53,736 nt of DNA from Macrostomum lignano (lineage: Eukaryota). Location: contig NIVC01002547.1 in the NCBI GenBank assembly GCA_002269645.1, positions 1 to 53,736 of the forward strand, given 5' to 3'. The position numbers and the translations under genes are program-made. The notes below the pieces were generated by a model. The model was given only the letters and a program-made list of their open reading frames with translations, was not told where the DNA came from and ran no database searches. Position 1 is the stretch's first letter. Every line of letters starts with the position of its first letter. Below, in pieces: positions 36,901 to 47,415 of this stretch.

Positions 36901-39900
36901 ACTGACACCTGTAGCCCAGTACTGACACCTTAAGCCCAGTACTGACACCTGGAGCCCAGTACTGACACCTGGAGCCCAGTACTGACACCTAAAGCCCAGT
37001 ACTGACACCTGGAGCCCAGTACTGACACCTGGAGCCCAGTACTGACACCTAAAGCCCAGTACTGACACCTGGAACCCAGTACTGACACCTAAATCCCAGT
37101 ACTGACACCTGGAGCCCAGTACTGGCCCTGGTACCATAATCGTGCAACAGTCTTCACTGAAGACCTGCTCGAAACCGCCGCCGCATCCTTCTAAGCTACC
37201 CTCAGAATAGCAACTATGCAGCTCGACCCAACTGAAGTTGCCTGTCACAAACTGCTCAATGGGACAGACGGGGAGACAGCCTGAGCAGACTTGAGTGCCC
37301 TCTGTCAGCCAGTCAGCAGTGCTGCTGCAGGCCTCGGCAAACAGGGCCCCCCAACTCACCGACCTGAACGCCTGCTCAGTCAGGCTGGCCGTCCAGGCGA
37401 TGGCGAACTGCCGCAGCCCCGCCCTGCGCCGGTCCGCCAGAAGGCCGGCCAGCAGCTCCGCGTAGTTGGCAGCCTCCCGAGAAAGCAGCGAAGACTCCAC
37501 AGCGGCTGGGAGCGGCGCGGCCGGACACCCGTCTGCGGGTTGGAGTGGGGCGTCTGGGAGATGGGAATTCGAACCGGGAGCGAGGAGATGGGGATTCGAA
37601 CCGGGAGTAGGGAGATGGGGATTCGAACCGGGAGTGGGGAAATGGGAATTCGTACTGGGAGTGGAGAGACTGGGATTCGAACCTGGAGCGGGGAGACTGA
37701 GATTCAAACCGGGAGCTGGGAGATTAGGATTCGAACTTGGAGTGAGGAGATGGGGATTCGAACGGGGAGTGAGGAGATGGGGATTCGAACCGGGAGTGAG
37801 GAGATGGGGATTCGAACCGGAGTGAGGAGATGGGGATTCGAACGGGGAGTGGGGAGATGGGGATTCGAACGGGGAGTGAGGAGATGGGAATTCGAACCGG
37901 GAGTGAGGAGATGGGGATTCGAACCGGGAGTGGGGAAATGGGGATTCGAACCGGGAGTGGGGAGATGGGGATTCGAACGGGGAGTGAGGAGATGGGGATT
38001 CGAACCGGTAGTGAGGAGATGGGGATTAGAACCGGTAGTGAGGAGATGGGGATTCGAACTGGGAGTGAGGAGATGGGGATTCGAACCAGAGGCGGGAGCA
38101 CAGATAGTTTCCACGCATTTAAACTTTCAAAATAGGTCAACTTATTTAACGTGCACATGCATGCACAGTTCTTGTAAGGGGCTGCTGTGGTTTTCAAGTG
38201 TTGGAAAGGCTATTTTTATCAACGGATCCAAGGGACTCCGGGCAGCTCACCGCTGATGACCAGCGCGGCCGAGGCCTGCAAGAAGCGGAGCGCAGCGGCC
38301 TGGAGGCGGCCTTCAGCGAGGCAGCGCAGGTCCGCGGCGCCGGCGGCAGCGAAGGACACGTCGGCATAGCCGGGCAGGGCGGAGAGCCGGGCGGGCCGGG
38401 CGGAAGAGCCGCAGGCGCCGCCCCAGTCGATGCTCACCAGCGGGAGCTGCGGTGCGCCGCCGCTCCTGGCTGAAGTCGCGGGGAGGGGGGGCTGCGATTG
38501 ATTTCTGCGGCTGTTGCTGCCTACCCGCCTTCTGCTGCTGCTAAAAATAGGAGGCCCAGCGGGGGCAAGCTATGAATTATTCATCGACTGCTCACTGCTC
38601 ACGGTGAGTACGTGAGCGACCTTCTCCCTGCTGCAGCTCCGCCCTGCCTCAGCTCTCAAATAAACAGCTCAGTTCCCTCATGATCCGTTGCTCCGTTGCG
38701 ATCGGGTACTCAGTGCTCTTGGCTGATGATTAGTGCTCTGTTGTCGCTTAACCTGGCATTCCGGCTGCCGTTTTGACTTGACTTGTGGATTTGTTTGTGT
38801 GGGTTTGTGGCGTTTGCGGTGTGGGGTGTTTGGATTTGATAGTGTGGGGTGTTTGGATTTGATAGTGTGGGGTGTTTGGATTTGATAGTGTGGGGTTTGT
38901 GTATTTGATAGTGTGGGGTTTGTGGATTTGATAGTGTGGGGTTTGTGTATTTGATAGTGTGGGGTTTGTGTATTTGATAGTGTGGGGTTTGTGGATTTGA
39001 TAGTGTGGGGTTTGTGTATTTGATAGTGTGGGGTTTGTGTATTTGATAGTGTGGGGTTTGTGGATTTGATAGTGTGGGGTTTGTGTATTTGATAGTGTGG
39101 GGTTTGTGGATTTGATAGTGTGGGGTTTGTGTATTTGATAGTGTGGGGTTTGTGTATTTGATAGTGTGGGGTTTGTGGATTTGATAGTGTGGGGTGTTTG
39201 GATTTGATAGTGTGGGGTTTGTGTATTTGATAGTGTGGAGTTTGTGGATTTGATAGTGTGGGGTTTGTGTATTTGATAGTGTGGGGTTTGTGTATTTGAT
39301 AGTGTGGGGTTTGTGGATTTGATAGTGTGGGGTTTGTGGATTTGATAGTGTGGGGTTTGTGTATTTGATAGTGCGGGTTTGTGGATTTGATAGTGTGGGG
39401 TTTGTGTATTTGATAGTGTGGGGTTTGTGGATTTGATAGTGTGGGGTTTGTGTATTTGATAGTGTGGGGTTTGTGGATTTGATAGTGTGGGGTTTGTGTA
39501 TTTGATAGTGTGGGGTTTGTGGATTTGATAGTGTGGGGTTTGTGTATTTGATAGTGCGGTGTTTGTGGATTTGATAGTGTGGGGTTTGTGTATTTGATAG
39601 TGTGGGGTTTGTGGATTTGATAGTGTGGGGTTTGTGGATTTGATAGTGTGGGGTTTGTGTATTTGATAGTGTGGGGTTTGTGGATTTGATAGTGTGGGGT
39701 TTGTGTATTTGATAGTGTGGGGTTTGTGGATTTGATAGTGTGGGGTTTGTGTATTTGATAGTGTGGGGTTTGTGGATTTGATAGTGTGGGGTTTGTGTAT
39801 TTGATAGTGTGGGGTTTGTGTATTTGATAGTGTGGGGTTTGTGGATTTGATAGTGTGGGGTTTGTGGATTTGAATTGGGTTCTGGGGATCTTGAATGAAA

Positions 39901-40489
39901 AAATGATTTGATAGCAGCGCTGAAATCACAGAAGCAAAAGCGACCCCCACCTGCCTCCGCCACCGCCTTCGCCCTGGACGCGGTGCGCACCGAGACGATC
40001 TCGAACGGTGGTGGCGAGTCCGCGCTGCTCAAATTCGCCCAGAGCTGCGAACCGAAACAGCCGCCCGAACTCTGGTAGATCGCTGCGGATTTCAACGGTG
40101 AGCTCAATTTTCACAGTGTGCTCAAATCTGACTCAACCTGGTCAAGCTGAACTCAATTTTCACAGTGTGCTCAAATCTGACTCAAACTGGTCAAGCTGAA
40201 CTCAATTTTCACAGTGTGCTCAAATCTGACTCAAACTGGTCAAGCTGAACTCAATTTTCACAGTGTGCTCAAATCTGACTCAACCTGGTCAAGCTGAACT
40301 CAATTTTCACAGTGTGCTCAAATCTGACTCAAACTGGTCAAGCTGAACTCAATTTTCACAGTGTGCTCAAATCTGACTCAAGCTGGTCAAGCTGAACTCA
40401 CCGAGTTTCTGCCGCCCGCCAGCCAGGGGGCTCAGCAGGCCGAGGCACAAGAGGCCGGCAGCGATGGCCGCAGGACTGGCTGGCCGCAT
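30991..40489 (-). CDS. Divergent ionotropic glutamate receptor with signal peptide, N-terminal domain, S1, M1-M3, S2 and M4. Exons 40402-40489, 39951-40082, 38603-38722 (1 nt short), 38251-38540, 37135-37532, 35508-35660, 35380-35430, 33576-33636, 33191-33404, 32924-32987, 32487-32644, 32211-32401, 31662-32136, 30991-31432; about 945 aa
   Basis: RLTVVFTQNPPF, GICVDILDLL, NGTWESAVLML, ADLASCDLSVTWQRAQLVDFSLPW, FFRLFRPFD, NAWNLFGVLLHQGQD, SRTLMFCWW, TYTASMVASLT, GGSTQQLF, FNRALQLLLEKGLIERLRLKYW and the M4 segment AAGIFLLFLV. Phases are consistent from 38540 to the stop. The N-terminal exons are less certain. Confidence 0.9.
31545..31642. repeat. 27-bp repeat (GA(A/G)ACCGCAGCTGCAATCCCAGCCCCT), about 3.5 copies, last iGluR intron
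   Basis: Seen directly. Confidence 0.88.
32758..32953. repeat. 52-bp x about 4 repeat spanning an iGluR exon end plus splice donor
   Basis: The donor GT (minus strand) recurs at 32923, 32871, 32819 and 32767. Confidence 0.95.
33028..33204. repeat. 31-bp x about 6 repeat spanning an iGluR exon end plus splice donor
   Basis: The motif CTGAACCTCAG|GTAGCTC (minus strand) recurs with the GT at 33190, 33159, 33128, 33097, 33066 and 33035. Confidence 0.95.
33681..35357. repeat. 21-bp minisatellite (GAGTTGAGACTGGCAAGCTAC), about 80 copies, iGluR intron 33637-35379
   Basis: Tandem periodicity; one 19-bp unit near 34520 shifts the spurious frames. Confidence 0.98.
35738..37125. repeat. Compound array: 13-bp GCACTGACACCTG (about 21 copies, to about 36030) grading into 20-bp ACTGACACCTGGAGCCCAGT (about 54 copies), iGluR intron 35661-37134
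   Basis: Tandem periodicities with a shared ACTGACACCT core. Confidence 0.97.
37556..38092. repeat. 27-bp minisatellite (GGGATTCGAACCGGGAGTGAGGAGATG), about 20 copies, iGluR intron
   Basis: Tandem periodicity; the reverse complement contains GGTTCGAATCC. Confidence 0.96.
38815..39872. repeat. 23-bp minisatellite (GATTTGATAGTGTGGGGTTTGTG), about 45 copies, iGluR intron 2
   Basis: Tandem periodicity. Confidence 0.97.
40100..40400. repeat. 49-bp minisatellite, about 6 copies, iGluR intron 1
   Basis: Unit GAACTCAATTTTCACAGTGTGCTCAAATCTGACTCAA(A/C)CTGGTCAAGCT. Confidence 0.95.
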
Positions 40490-41025
40490 TGACTGACCGG
40501 TTTGCACGGCAGGTGAGCAGCTGAGCACAGCAGGGACCCCCACAGCTTGTCCGCGAGCCCTTCGAATCAGCCGAGAGGCCGGGCCCACAGCTGTTTGCAT
40601 TTAACAGGGAGCCAGCAGCTTAGGGGCCAGCTAAAGCCCCTCCAGCCCAATGCCGGATCCGGTTTCCTGAGTACAGCTCAGCCTGCTCTGCTATCCTCTT
40701 ACCGCAAACAGGGAGGAGAGAAGGAGGGCAGCCTCCTTCTCCCAGCTTAACCCACATAGGCGGGATCCTCCGGAGTTACCAGTGGTTGCTGGGCTCACAT
40801 TCCGTGTGTGAAGTTTTCTGACACTCAGACGGCCTCAAATCCGTGTTGCTAAGCTGGCGCTTGTTTGCCCGAGAGATGAGTTTGGGGCTCAGCAATGCAG
40901 AGTTTCTTCTCTGGCACGATCAGAACTGTTTGCTCAAGAAAGCAGAAAGATTTTCTGGAAAACTGCGCGAGACTGTGTGACAACAGGTTCTGCTTTGCAG
41001 CACGGATGTAATTAGGGTGCGCAGG

Positions 41026-41256
41026 CGGGTCTGCACAGTGTGATTGCAGTTAGAGTGAGCAGCTGCAGGTGTGAGTCTGCACAATGTGATTGCAGTCAGA
41101 GTGAGCAGCTGTAGGTGTGAGTCTGCACAATGTGATTGCAGTCAGAGTGAGCAGCTGCAGGTGTGAGTCTGCACAGTGTGATTGCAGTTAGAGTGCTGCA
41201 GGTGTGAGTCTGCACAGTGTGATTGCAGTTAGAGTGAGCAGCTGCATTTGTGAGTC
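41026..41256. repeat. 46-bp minisatellite (GTGTGAGTCTGCACAATGTGATTGCAGTCAGAGTGAGCAGCTGCAG), about 5 copies
   Basis: Seen directly, between the iGluR start and the acidic ORF. Confidence 0.92.
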
Positions 41257-41420
41257 AAGGACAACTTAAATTGTCCTTGGTGTTAGTCTGCTTGAAAAAG
41301 TGTTTGAGCTAAAAATAAAATTGAAATTCCGCAGGCGTTCCATAGACATAAGGGGCTGCTTGCCACTCGAAGCAGAGAGCGGCGGCTCAGACACGCGCTT
41401 GGCAGCAGCTCTGCGGGCCG

Positions 41421-42056
41421 ATGGAGAGCGGCGGCAGCGAAGAAGCCAGACTGCTGGAGAATGACGCTGGAGTCGGAGACGAAAACGAGGGCGAAGAAAG
41501 CTTAGAAGAAGAGGAGGCCGACGAAGCAGCTGAGGAGGCTGACGGAGCAGCTGACGGAGCAGCTGAGGAGGCCGACGGAGCAGCTGAGGAGGCCGATGGA
41601 GCAGCTGAGGAGGCCGATGGAGCAGCTGAGGAGGCCGACGGAGCAGCTGAGGAGGCCGACGGAGCAGCTGAGGAGGCCGATGGAGCAGCTGAGGAGGCCG
41701 ATGGAGCAGCTGAGGAGGCCGACGGAGCAGCTGAGGAGGCCGACGGAGCAGCTGAGGAGACCGACGGAGCAGCCGAGACGGCCGCGGACGCTGCCGGGCT
41801 GCCGGACAGCGCCGAGACGGCCTACAAGGCGGTGGTGCTGCGGTGCCTGATGGGCCGGCTGGCCGAGCTGGGCCGCCTTGGCCTCCTTGACGAGAGGATG
41901 CGGGCTGCGGCAGACCAGATCCGCGAGGCGCTGCTGCAGCCGATGGGGGTCGATCGCGAAGCCGCCACCGTTGACGTGGTTGTCAGCGCCGACACCGCCG
42001 GCAGCGACTGCGGAGCCTCCGGAGAGGCGGAAGTCGCTCCGATGGACACGCCTTGA
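41421..42056 (+). CDS. Hypothetical acidic low-complexity protein (211 aa) with about 12 EEADGAA repeats
   Basis: GC-rich ORF with exon-like codon usage. Unique non-repeat sequence stays open on both sides of the 21-bp repeat, and the C-terminal segment AYKAVVLRCLMGRLAELGRLGLLDERMRAAADQIREALLQ looks helical. No family recognised. Confidence 0.55.
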   Translation: MESGGSEEARLLENDAGVGDENEGEESLEEEEADEAAEEADGAADGAAEEADGAAEEADGAAEEADGAAEEADGAAEEADGAAEEADGAAEEADGAAEEADGAAEEADGAAEETDGAAETAADAAGLPDSAETAYKAVVLRCLMGRLAELGRLGLLDERMRAAADQIREALLQPMGVDREAATVDVVVSADTAGSDCGASGEAEVAPMDTP

Positions 42057-44437
42057 CGACCGGTCGGTGAGAAGCTCGTCATTGAAGGCGCTGGCAGACA
42101 GTAGACGCAGATTTGACACAGAGAAATCTTTATTGACATCAGTTTTGCTTGCTTTTCAAAAAATCGCGTATTTTTCTCATATTTTATACTACTGCGATTC
42201 TGTCTCAGCAGTAGTATGCTCAGGTACATTTGTTTTTAATTTTACCATAAGCTTGAACAACAAGCATTGTTTCAAGTTTACATTTAAAGCTGAGAGAAAA
42301 ACTTACAAATAAGGAAAAGAGTGGCAGATGGCATGACTTTGTGAGGTTTTTGTGCTTGGCTGCTTTAGAGGCAGCTCTCTCGCGCCTGGCCCGCGCAAAG
42401 TGGGTGCTGCATCTCGCGATTTGCTCTCACAGGGCTTGGCCAGAAACTTGCAGCACAGAAAGAAGTTTTAAATGCTTCAGTTGCTGCTGCTCTGGCTTTT
42501 TGAACCGGACAGAAAAAGCTTTTCACCAAGAAGTCAGCAGTTTTGCGTGGGCTGGCACTGAAGGCCGCAGCTCAGGTCGGCAAGCCTTTTCAGGCGTGCA
42601 AAGTTTTTTACGCTTAAAAAACCACCGCTTTTCACCTTTGGATGCCCCATCAACAGTCTCTACTGCATGGAGCTTGGATGGAAATTTTGCCATTGCGTCA
42701 CGTGAGATGGGAAGGGCGGCGCAGAGAATGGCTTTGGTAGGGCTGAGATGGGTCTGGCATTGGCGAAGCCCCTTCCGTGACTGAAGGCCCACCATTGTAT
42801 GGAGACGCGCGCTTCGGGTTGAGCAGCCCCTCGTTAAGGAGGCTGGTGCTTTTAGCCAGGAGGATAAAATCGGAGTTGGAGGCTGCCAGCGGGAGCAACC
42901 CTGCAAGTTGCGGGGGCAGAAGACTTCTCAACGTTGCCACCCTCCACCTGGTCTGCTTTGAGCTGGCAGCTGAGCCCTCGAGAATGGCTTTATAGCAAAA
43001 AGTTATCGATTTTTGCTAACAATGGCTGTCATGGCTGCGGCAGAGGAACGCCAGCCTGAACTTTGGCAAACCATTTGCTTGAGAAAGGATGGAGAAAGCC
43101 TCACAAATGGCGTCGCAAAGGCTTGTGCAAATCCGACTCTGCGAAACAAAGCGTTTTTCTGCTGCTGATTGCTGAAGAAAACGGCTTTCGAGTTGGAAAG
43201 GAATCAGAAACTGATTGCTCAGCGCCCTTCTGTGTTTTTAAGATTAATGCAACAACAGAGAACAAATGTTAAACTTTTCTCGCCAAAATCTCCATGCGAA
43301 ACAGTCTTTCGGATCTTTCAGGATTCGCACTGTCAACAACTAAACATTTCAGGATACGAAGCTCGCAATTAGTAAAACTTCACTTAAATAGCAGCAAATT
43401 TTGCAATAAAAAGCAGTAGCGGGAGAGAAATTTTGCTGTCTTTTAGTGCAAACTAAAAAATTGCTGCTTCCTTCGTTTCGAGCTCATGACGTTTTTTAAA
43501 TAGTTTTGTTCAAAGCCCTATGGTGCAGCCGGTGCACGCGGCGAATCAGCCGGTATGGCCATAGACTATCGGTTCGGCCGAAGGGTTTATGACCATCGGA
43601 TTTGACAGGGCTGCAAAGCAAGCAAATATGTTTGCCAAAGTAATGGAGCTTTGGTCTATGGTAGCAAGGCTGACACAGCAGCACTTAATTTAGTCCAACA
43701 AGCATCAATTTGGTACATAACGGCTCTGTAGTTTCATTCCTAGATTTTCGTTTAGACATGACTGTCTCAAGCAGTGAGAACGGAAGCAGTAGTGGTTCAT
43801 TTTCAGCTGCTCGTGGACCATATGCGAGGCGTCAAACAAAAAGTTACAAGGAGTTTTGACCATGCTAAAATGCTCTTCCTGTTTTTGTTATAGTCTAGCA
43901 GATAAAACGTTTGACGTCACCTTGTGTTGGTACGGTGATCATGAAATTTGCTTAAAATAAATTGCATTACACAGCTGTGACTCATGATTGTGTTTCAGAG
44001 CCACTATGGACCAAATCAAATGCTGCTGTGCCAGCCTTGCCACCATTGACAAAAGCTCCGTTACTTTGGTAACCATATCTTCTGTTAAATTCGATGCGTG
44101 TAGGCCCAAATACGCTCCAAAAAGCTACATTACCAAAAATTCAATTAAAAAACGCAACCTCATTTTGCGCGTTGCCGGCTTTAATTTTTTAAACTATCTC
44201 AAGAAAATTAACTGCAGACAGACGCAACACGGAGAGTTGTTGAATTTGCGATTTGAAGTCTCAAAAGCCTGTATTTTGATTTTTTTTTTAAAATTGTATC
44301 GATCGATCATGCATCGCGCAGTAAAACCCGGGCTTTTAGAGAATTTTGCGTGATCTGTGAGCATGGCGTCTCTTTAAATTGTTGGTCGATGTTCGCAGCA
44401 TTTTGCATACTTCGCATCCTACAAGAGTCAGCTCCAG

Positions 44438-45700
44438 TTAGACCTGCTTGCACCAGTTGTCCAGCTGCACGAACTCAGCCTGCGTGAGCAGTCGGGTGCT
44501 CAGGGCGAAACAGGACATGCTGCCCTGCACAGAGTACTGCGCGTCTCCCGGAAAGCCCCCCAGCTGCATGCACTGGAAGTTGGCGTCGTTGAGGTTGCTG
44601 GCCGACTTCGAGCTGTCGAGCGTCGCCGAATACATGCTGCCGTTGAAGAAAAAGTTCACGTTGCGGTCCGCGTCGTAGGTGAGGCCGGTGGAGACCAGAG
44701 CGACCGAGCTGCTCTTACTGAAGACGTTGCCGGACTTGGACAGGTAGTATTTGCCGTCGGCCGGCCAGAACACCTGGTGCCAGTAGTTCCGGTTGTACGT
44801 GTAGAAGTCGTGGGCCACGTTGTTGCCGCTGCATTGCCGAAACGCCACGTAGGTTCCACTGGATGGAGGGATTTGGCTCACTTGAGATTCCCGGCTCTAC
44901 TTTTTATGTATTAACAGGAACGCCTTTTAACTTTTTATTCAGAGCTAGTGAAACACCATGGATCTGCGAACTCACTCGATGTCCATGGGGTGCTTGGCCC
45001 GAACGAAGAAGGAAAACTTGTTGCCCTTGTTGACAACAGACTCGAAGCAGGGAGTGGCGGCCATCAAGTAGGAAGTCAGTTTCGTAACAAAGTGCGCCCC
45101 CTGGGCATCGATGGTGGTGGCGCTGCCGCTCCACAGCCGGTATTTTGACGGGTCAGCCGCGTTCTCCAGGCCGTGGGTGCCGAATCGGTAGAGCATCTTC
45201 AGGCTCAGCTGCTCAGCTATCGGCTCCGCCGATGCCCGCACCCTTGGACGCACTGGAATATTCAAGATAGTGGCTGCTGCTTGAAATGCTGGGCTTTGTG
45301 CTGAACTGGCTTCACTTGCCAATGAATGTTTTGATTAGTGAATATTTGATAATTGGGTCACTGCAACAATAACCGAAAGCGATTTGAACTCGCAAATTAC
45401 GCACGTACCAGATTTGTAAGAGACGCAGGGTCCGTTGGTCCACAGTCGGAGTCCCTCGCAGGTCGAGTTGCCAAGGTAGCAGAGTCCGGTCGTACGGGTG
45501 AAGTGGAACAGGTCGCAGTCCATGTTGGCGCTGCAAGCGGTGCCGCACAGCATCTTGGACTTGGCATGTCGGCTGGGCAGAGCGGAGATGTCGGGGCACA
45601 GAGCGACAGTAGCGAACCCGATGGAGGAGTGCTCCGAGCGGCAGTGGAGCAGCTGCAGCAGAGAGATGCAGCAGAACAGCAGCTGGCGTTTCAGTTCCAT
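44438..45700 (-). CDS. Secreted PAN/apple plus ConA/LamG-like protein, paralog A; exons 45409-45700, 44976-45252, 44438-44858; 329 aa
   Basis: Signal peptide MELKRQLLFCCISLLQLLHC. PAN-like Cys pattern SKMLCGTACSA..CDLFHF....CYL. LamG-like end FFNG...CMQLGG...GSMSCFALSTRLLT.AEF.QL. GT-AG introns of phase 1 and 2 sum to 990 nt. Confidence 0.8.
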
Positions 45701-45934
45701 GACGTCAGAGAAATTGTGGGGTTCAGGCTGTAGCGATGCGGGATTTATGCTGCCCTGCTCCTGCCTCACCAGCCAACCACAAGAGCCGGATAGTCCAAAA
45801 TGCTTTATCACTGGCCTTGCGTACCTAAGTTCAAGAAAACTTGTGATCCACCCTGCCTATGCCGCACCCAAGCAAGTCAGCTGGTTAAGTATAGAAGCTT
45901 ACCCGGAGCCATCCTATGACTTCAACACATCAAT

Positions 45935-46410
45935 ATGTTAGTCAGCCTCATTATCATTTGGAGTGAACTCATCTTCAGAGCTGACATGTTAGTCAGCCTC
46001 AGTCTCATTTTAGAGTGAACTCATCGGTGCTGACATGTTAGTCAGCCTCAGTCTCATTTTGGAGTGAACTCATCATCAGTGCTGACATGCTAGTCAGCCT
46101 CAGTCTCATTTTGGAGTGAACTCATCGGTGCTGACATGTTAGTCAGCCTCAGTCTCATTTTAGAGTGAACTCATCTTCAGAGCTGACATGTTAGTCAGCC
46201 TCAGTCTCATTTTGGAGTGAACTCATCGGTGCTGACATGTTAGTCAGCCTCAGTCTCATTTTAGAGTGAACTCATTTTCAGAGCTGACATCTTAGTCAGC
46301 CTCAGTCTCATTTTGGAGTGAACTCATCATCAGTGCTGACATGCTAGTCAGCCTCAGTCTCATTTTGGAGTCAACTCATCATCAGTGCTGACATCTTAGT
46401 CAGCCTCAGT
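45935..46410. repeat. 46-49-bp minisatellite (ATGTTAGTCAGCCTCAGTCTCATTTT(A/G)GAGTGAACTCATC..GCTGAC), about 10 copies
   Basis: Seen directly. Confidence 0.94.
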
Positions 46411-47047
46411 CGTAATAAACTACTGAACTCAAAGCTACTAAAAGCAACGCACAGGAAGGCTTCAGATCCCCAGGCAGAGGGAATGATTGGCAGCTCGGGG
46501 AATGCCATCTCTTCAGCCTTCGCTGTCCCCGGGCGGTGAACCGGGGAAATTTTTCGTCTAGAATAAGACCCGCTTTGTTGAAGCCTGAACTCTGAGATGC
46601 TTCTGCAACTCTGCCTGGCAAGAGTGAGCGACCTGGCACAATCGCAAACTTTGATAGCTGTGAGCAGTTGCTGAGCATCGATTCGGTAAGCTCTAGAGTT
46701 TTAAACCCCAGCCAGAAAAACCGATGTATTTCTGTAGGCTTTCAGCCTGATAAATAAGACGGCAGCATTTCCCACAATTTTCGACTGCTTCGGTTAAAAG
46801 CATCTTAACTTTTGGGCCTCGCACCTGCCTTTTTCTCTGTTCAGTCTCACGATTTGGTCTTCCGTCTCCGCTGCTCCTCTACCGCTCTTGCCCCGCCTCA
46901 TCGTAGGTTCACAAGGCCTACATGTAGGCTGTGGCGCTCGAACACTCAGTCTCAATCGCATTTGCAGTTAAAGAAGGAAGACGAATCACTGGCTGGGCCT
47001 GATTGGGAGGCTTGGTGTGGGCTGCTTTATTGCCAGCTTTCAGAATG

Positions 47048-47415
47048 TGGTCCATGCATAAGCAGAGGGTGGTCCATGCATAAGCAGAGGGTGGTCCATG
47101 CACAATCAGAGGGTGGTCCATGCACAATCAGAGGGTGGTCCATGCATAAGCAGAGGGTGGTCCATGCACAATCAGAGGGTGGTCCATGCATAAGCAGAGG
47201 GTGGTCCATGCACAATCAGAGGGTGGTCCATGCACAATCAGAGGGTGGTCCATGCATAAGCAGAGGGTGGTCCATGCACAATCAGAGGGTGGTCCATGCA
47301 TAAGCAGAGGGTGGTCCATGCACAATCAGAGGGTGGTCCATGCATAAGCAGAGGGTGGTCCATGCACAATCAGAGGGTGGTCCATGCACAATCAGAGGGT
47401 GGTCCATGCTCAAGC
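47048..47415. repeat. 22-bp minisatellite (AGAGGGTGGTCCATGCA(TAAGC/CAATC)), about 16 copies
   Basis: Seen directly; two interleaved unit variants. Confidence 0.95.

Noticed and set aside
37556-38092. tRNA gene cluster suggested by TTCGAAT motifs
   Set aside because: The 27-bp period is too short, and there is no acceptor, D or anticodon arm. Reported only as a B-box array.
35546-38256. Cys- or Gly-rich repeat ORFs (CQCQVSVPG, SRCQYWAPG, MGIRTGSEE)
   Set aside because: Artefacts of the 13-, 20- and 27-bp arrays.
38815-39872. G-quadruplex array from GGGG every 23 nt
   Set aside because: Loops of about 19 nt make stable G4 folding doubtful, and nothing in the sequence supports a function.
38710-40107. 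465-aa and 400-aa His/Thr/Pro-rich ORFs resembling mucins or histidine-rich proteins
   Set aside because: 23-bp intronic array; only 39951-40082 is a real exon.
42341-43372. Several 70-150-aa ORFs on both strands
   Set aside because: No recognisable motif or consistent splice model. A frameshifted minus-strand gene cannot be excluded but is unsupported.
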